The notes under the pieces: model-generated
Told to the model about the DNA's origin: nothing
The model's database searches: none
What the model saw: only the letters and a program-made list of their open reading frames with translations
Part shown: piece after piece, positions 62,101-64,000 of the stretch
Position numbering within the stretch: position 1 is the stretch's first letter
How the letters are laid out: each line of letters opens with the position of its first letter
DNA from: Basidiobolus meristosporus CBS 931.73
Lineage: Eukaryota > Fungi > Basidiobolomycota
Assembly: GCA_002104905.1 (NCBI GenBank)
Contig: MCFE01000155.1
Coordinates: forward strand, 62,001-126,000
Length of the DNA: 64,000 nucleotides
Reading direction: 5' to 3'
Position numbers and translations under genes: made by a program

Positions 62101-64000
62101 TTTGGCTCGAGTGGAATACTCACGGAAGAACCGGGCTCTCTCAATAGAATTTTCTCCTTCATGTTGTTCTTGAGTATAAATCGAGGCGTGAAGGTGATGA
62201 TCCTTGTTAACCGATATTTTCCTCTTCCCTGGTCAGCGCTCATCCCCAGGTGGAATTCATCCAAGCGCGCGGACATAGGTATAATGGTGGATGTCTCGCT
62301 ACCTATCGCCTCAAAGCTAATCGGCTTTGTCCACTCCGAGTCAGCGATCTTAATGGACGCTCTGTTCTGAGATTGGGAAAGATATGGCGAATACAAGTAT
62401 GGGAGCTGCTTATTGCCCAGCGAAGCATCCTCATCTCTTGCATATACAGTGTTCACCTCATTGCTACTTGTTTTCAAATACATATCGAGACCGGTCTTGT
62501 TGATTATCAAGAAGGGACTGTAGATCGAAAAGCGGCAAGCTCCACCGGACTCCGGAATTTCAAAGTAGCTGATCCGAAGATTGAGCTTGACCCCCTCTGG
62601 ATTAGTCAGTGAAATCGTATCTTGTACTGGCGCATTTACTGGGTCATTGGTGCTGATTGTGACAAAGTCGCTGTATGCAAACCCAGCGTCACCAATCTCC
62701 ACATTCAGGCACAGGAGGCTACCTAGCTGGAATGTATGCATAGCGCGTATATCGCCTCTCTTGAGAGAGCCGTTTACAGAAAGGTCATTGGATCTATCAA
62801 CGATATTATAGTTGAAATCGTACGGCAGCAGGTTCTCGATCTCTAAGGGTGCGCTGATCTTCAGCGTCATGCACGGATAGAGCAAAACAAGCGGGTCCTT
62901 ACGATCGTATTTGGCATATACTTGGAACCGAAGGCTGTTGGAGGCTTCGGAAGATTCGCATGTAATGGTATTTGGAAAATTCTCGGTTAGAAATTCTCGC
63001 CAATAGATGTAGCTCGTGCTCCAGTCATAATTCTCCTCGGTTTTAGGCCGGACTTTAATGGCATTCTTAAAGCCCATAATCAAATTGACAGGATAGTCTT
63101 CCCCCGGAGCTAGATGGGTTGGGTTGGAGCGTAAATAAATACACGCAGAACTCCATCACATACTGTACTTACGGATAGTGGCTGATTCGGTGAGAGTTTC
63201 GCTTCTGTAATCCACCATGACCATCTCTAAGGGTACCGGCGTGGAGTTTGATATCATCAAAGGTGACCTAAATGTTACGATTTTGGTGCTATCTTTCAAC
63301 TTTACCTCACACACCAGTCGATGGGAAACACTCTCCATCTTTGGCCGTAATACATAGAAGTGGGTGCCCTCAGTGTCTACTGGGATATCTTTGACGCTCT
63401 CCAATGGAAGCGTCTCAAATTGTAAGCCTAGCCGATTTCGGGCCACTGAGGTGTTCTCTCGGGTTTTTCTCCAGTCATCAAACCTCCATGGAAGATCATG
63501 TCCATCGGCCAGCTTCTGAACGACCGTAGATGTGTTATCTCCAGTCGACTCTGCCCATACATACAGATTGAATCCAGTACGGTTCCTTAATAGATATGGG
63601 ATGACAACTCCACGCGCGACGTTCAGGGTGTTTTCTCCTGGCTGGTTCATTCGAGCAACCAGACTCAATGTCGTCTCCAGAAATGAGTGAGCAATGTTAA
63701 GATCAAATTGCCGTTTGGACTCGAAGTTCATTTGAGTCGTTGCGGGGGCCAGCGGCCTATCAATCTTGATGCTGAACTGCCATGGTTCTACCAAAGGCTC
63801 CCAATGCGAGTTTTTGATATTGAACATGTTTGCAAGCATTTGGATATCGGTCGATACAATTAACTAATGGGCGGTCCTGTTGTTAGTAACCATCGTAGAG
63901 ATAGAGTTGCTACATAGACTACCTGTGAAGACCAATCCTTGACTTCTACCACGAATTTCTGCAGCTGTATGTCTATAATTGGCAAGTCATCCAAATCTCG
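59118..64000 (-). CDS. VPS13: Vps13 lipid-transfer protein, 3' portion (adaptor-binding repeats and C-terminal domains); 5' end beyond the window
   Basis: [89 protein letters not shown]; last exon ends ...RRSLD* at 59118. Confidence 0.95.

Noticed and set aside
1-64000. CRISPR array, rRNA or prokaryotic island
   Set aside because: No regularly spaced repeats or rRNA motifs; the genes carry spliceosomal introns.

Overview
Intron-containing fungal genomic DNA. Gene content, short GT-AG introns and moderate GC suggest an early-diverging (zygomycete-grade, possibly Basidiobolus-like) fungus; that taxonomy is inference. The window has two sharply different compartments. (1) 1-~17,700 is a nested pile of dead transposons almost devoid of CpG. 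A Ty3/Gypsy chromovirus is split by a Ty1/Copia element with both LTRs (1569-10923, TSD CTCCT), which itself carries an unusual 5.2-kb fold-back Gypsy (4556-9787: two inverted 3' halves, each ending in a full LTR). These are followed by a CACTA transposase remnant and two more Copia fragments. (2) ~18,200-64,000 is ordinary gene-rich DNA: NEW1/Elf1, three tandem secreted expansin-like (DPBB + CBM19-like) genes, two secreted Kre9/Knh1-N-like genes, MGE1, RPB5, a two-finger GATA factor, a small UPF0390 gene, an MKK1-type MAP2K, a four-finger C2H2 factor, MRX11, a DAO-family oxidoreductase and the 3' part of VPS13. No tRNA, rRNA or CRISPR array was recognised. The top findings are the fold-back retroelement (candidate self-primed cDNA and candidate hairpin-RNA silencer locus), the expansin pair with a homogenised body and a variable C-terminal tip, and the CpG-desert boundary. 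All counts and identities were made by eye, and exon boundaries are manual predictions.
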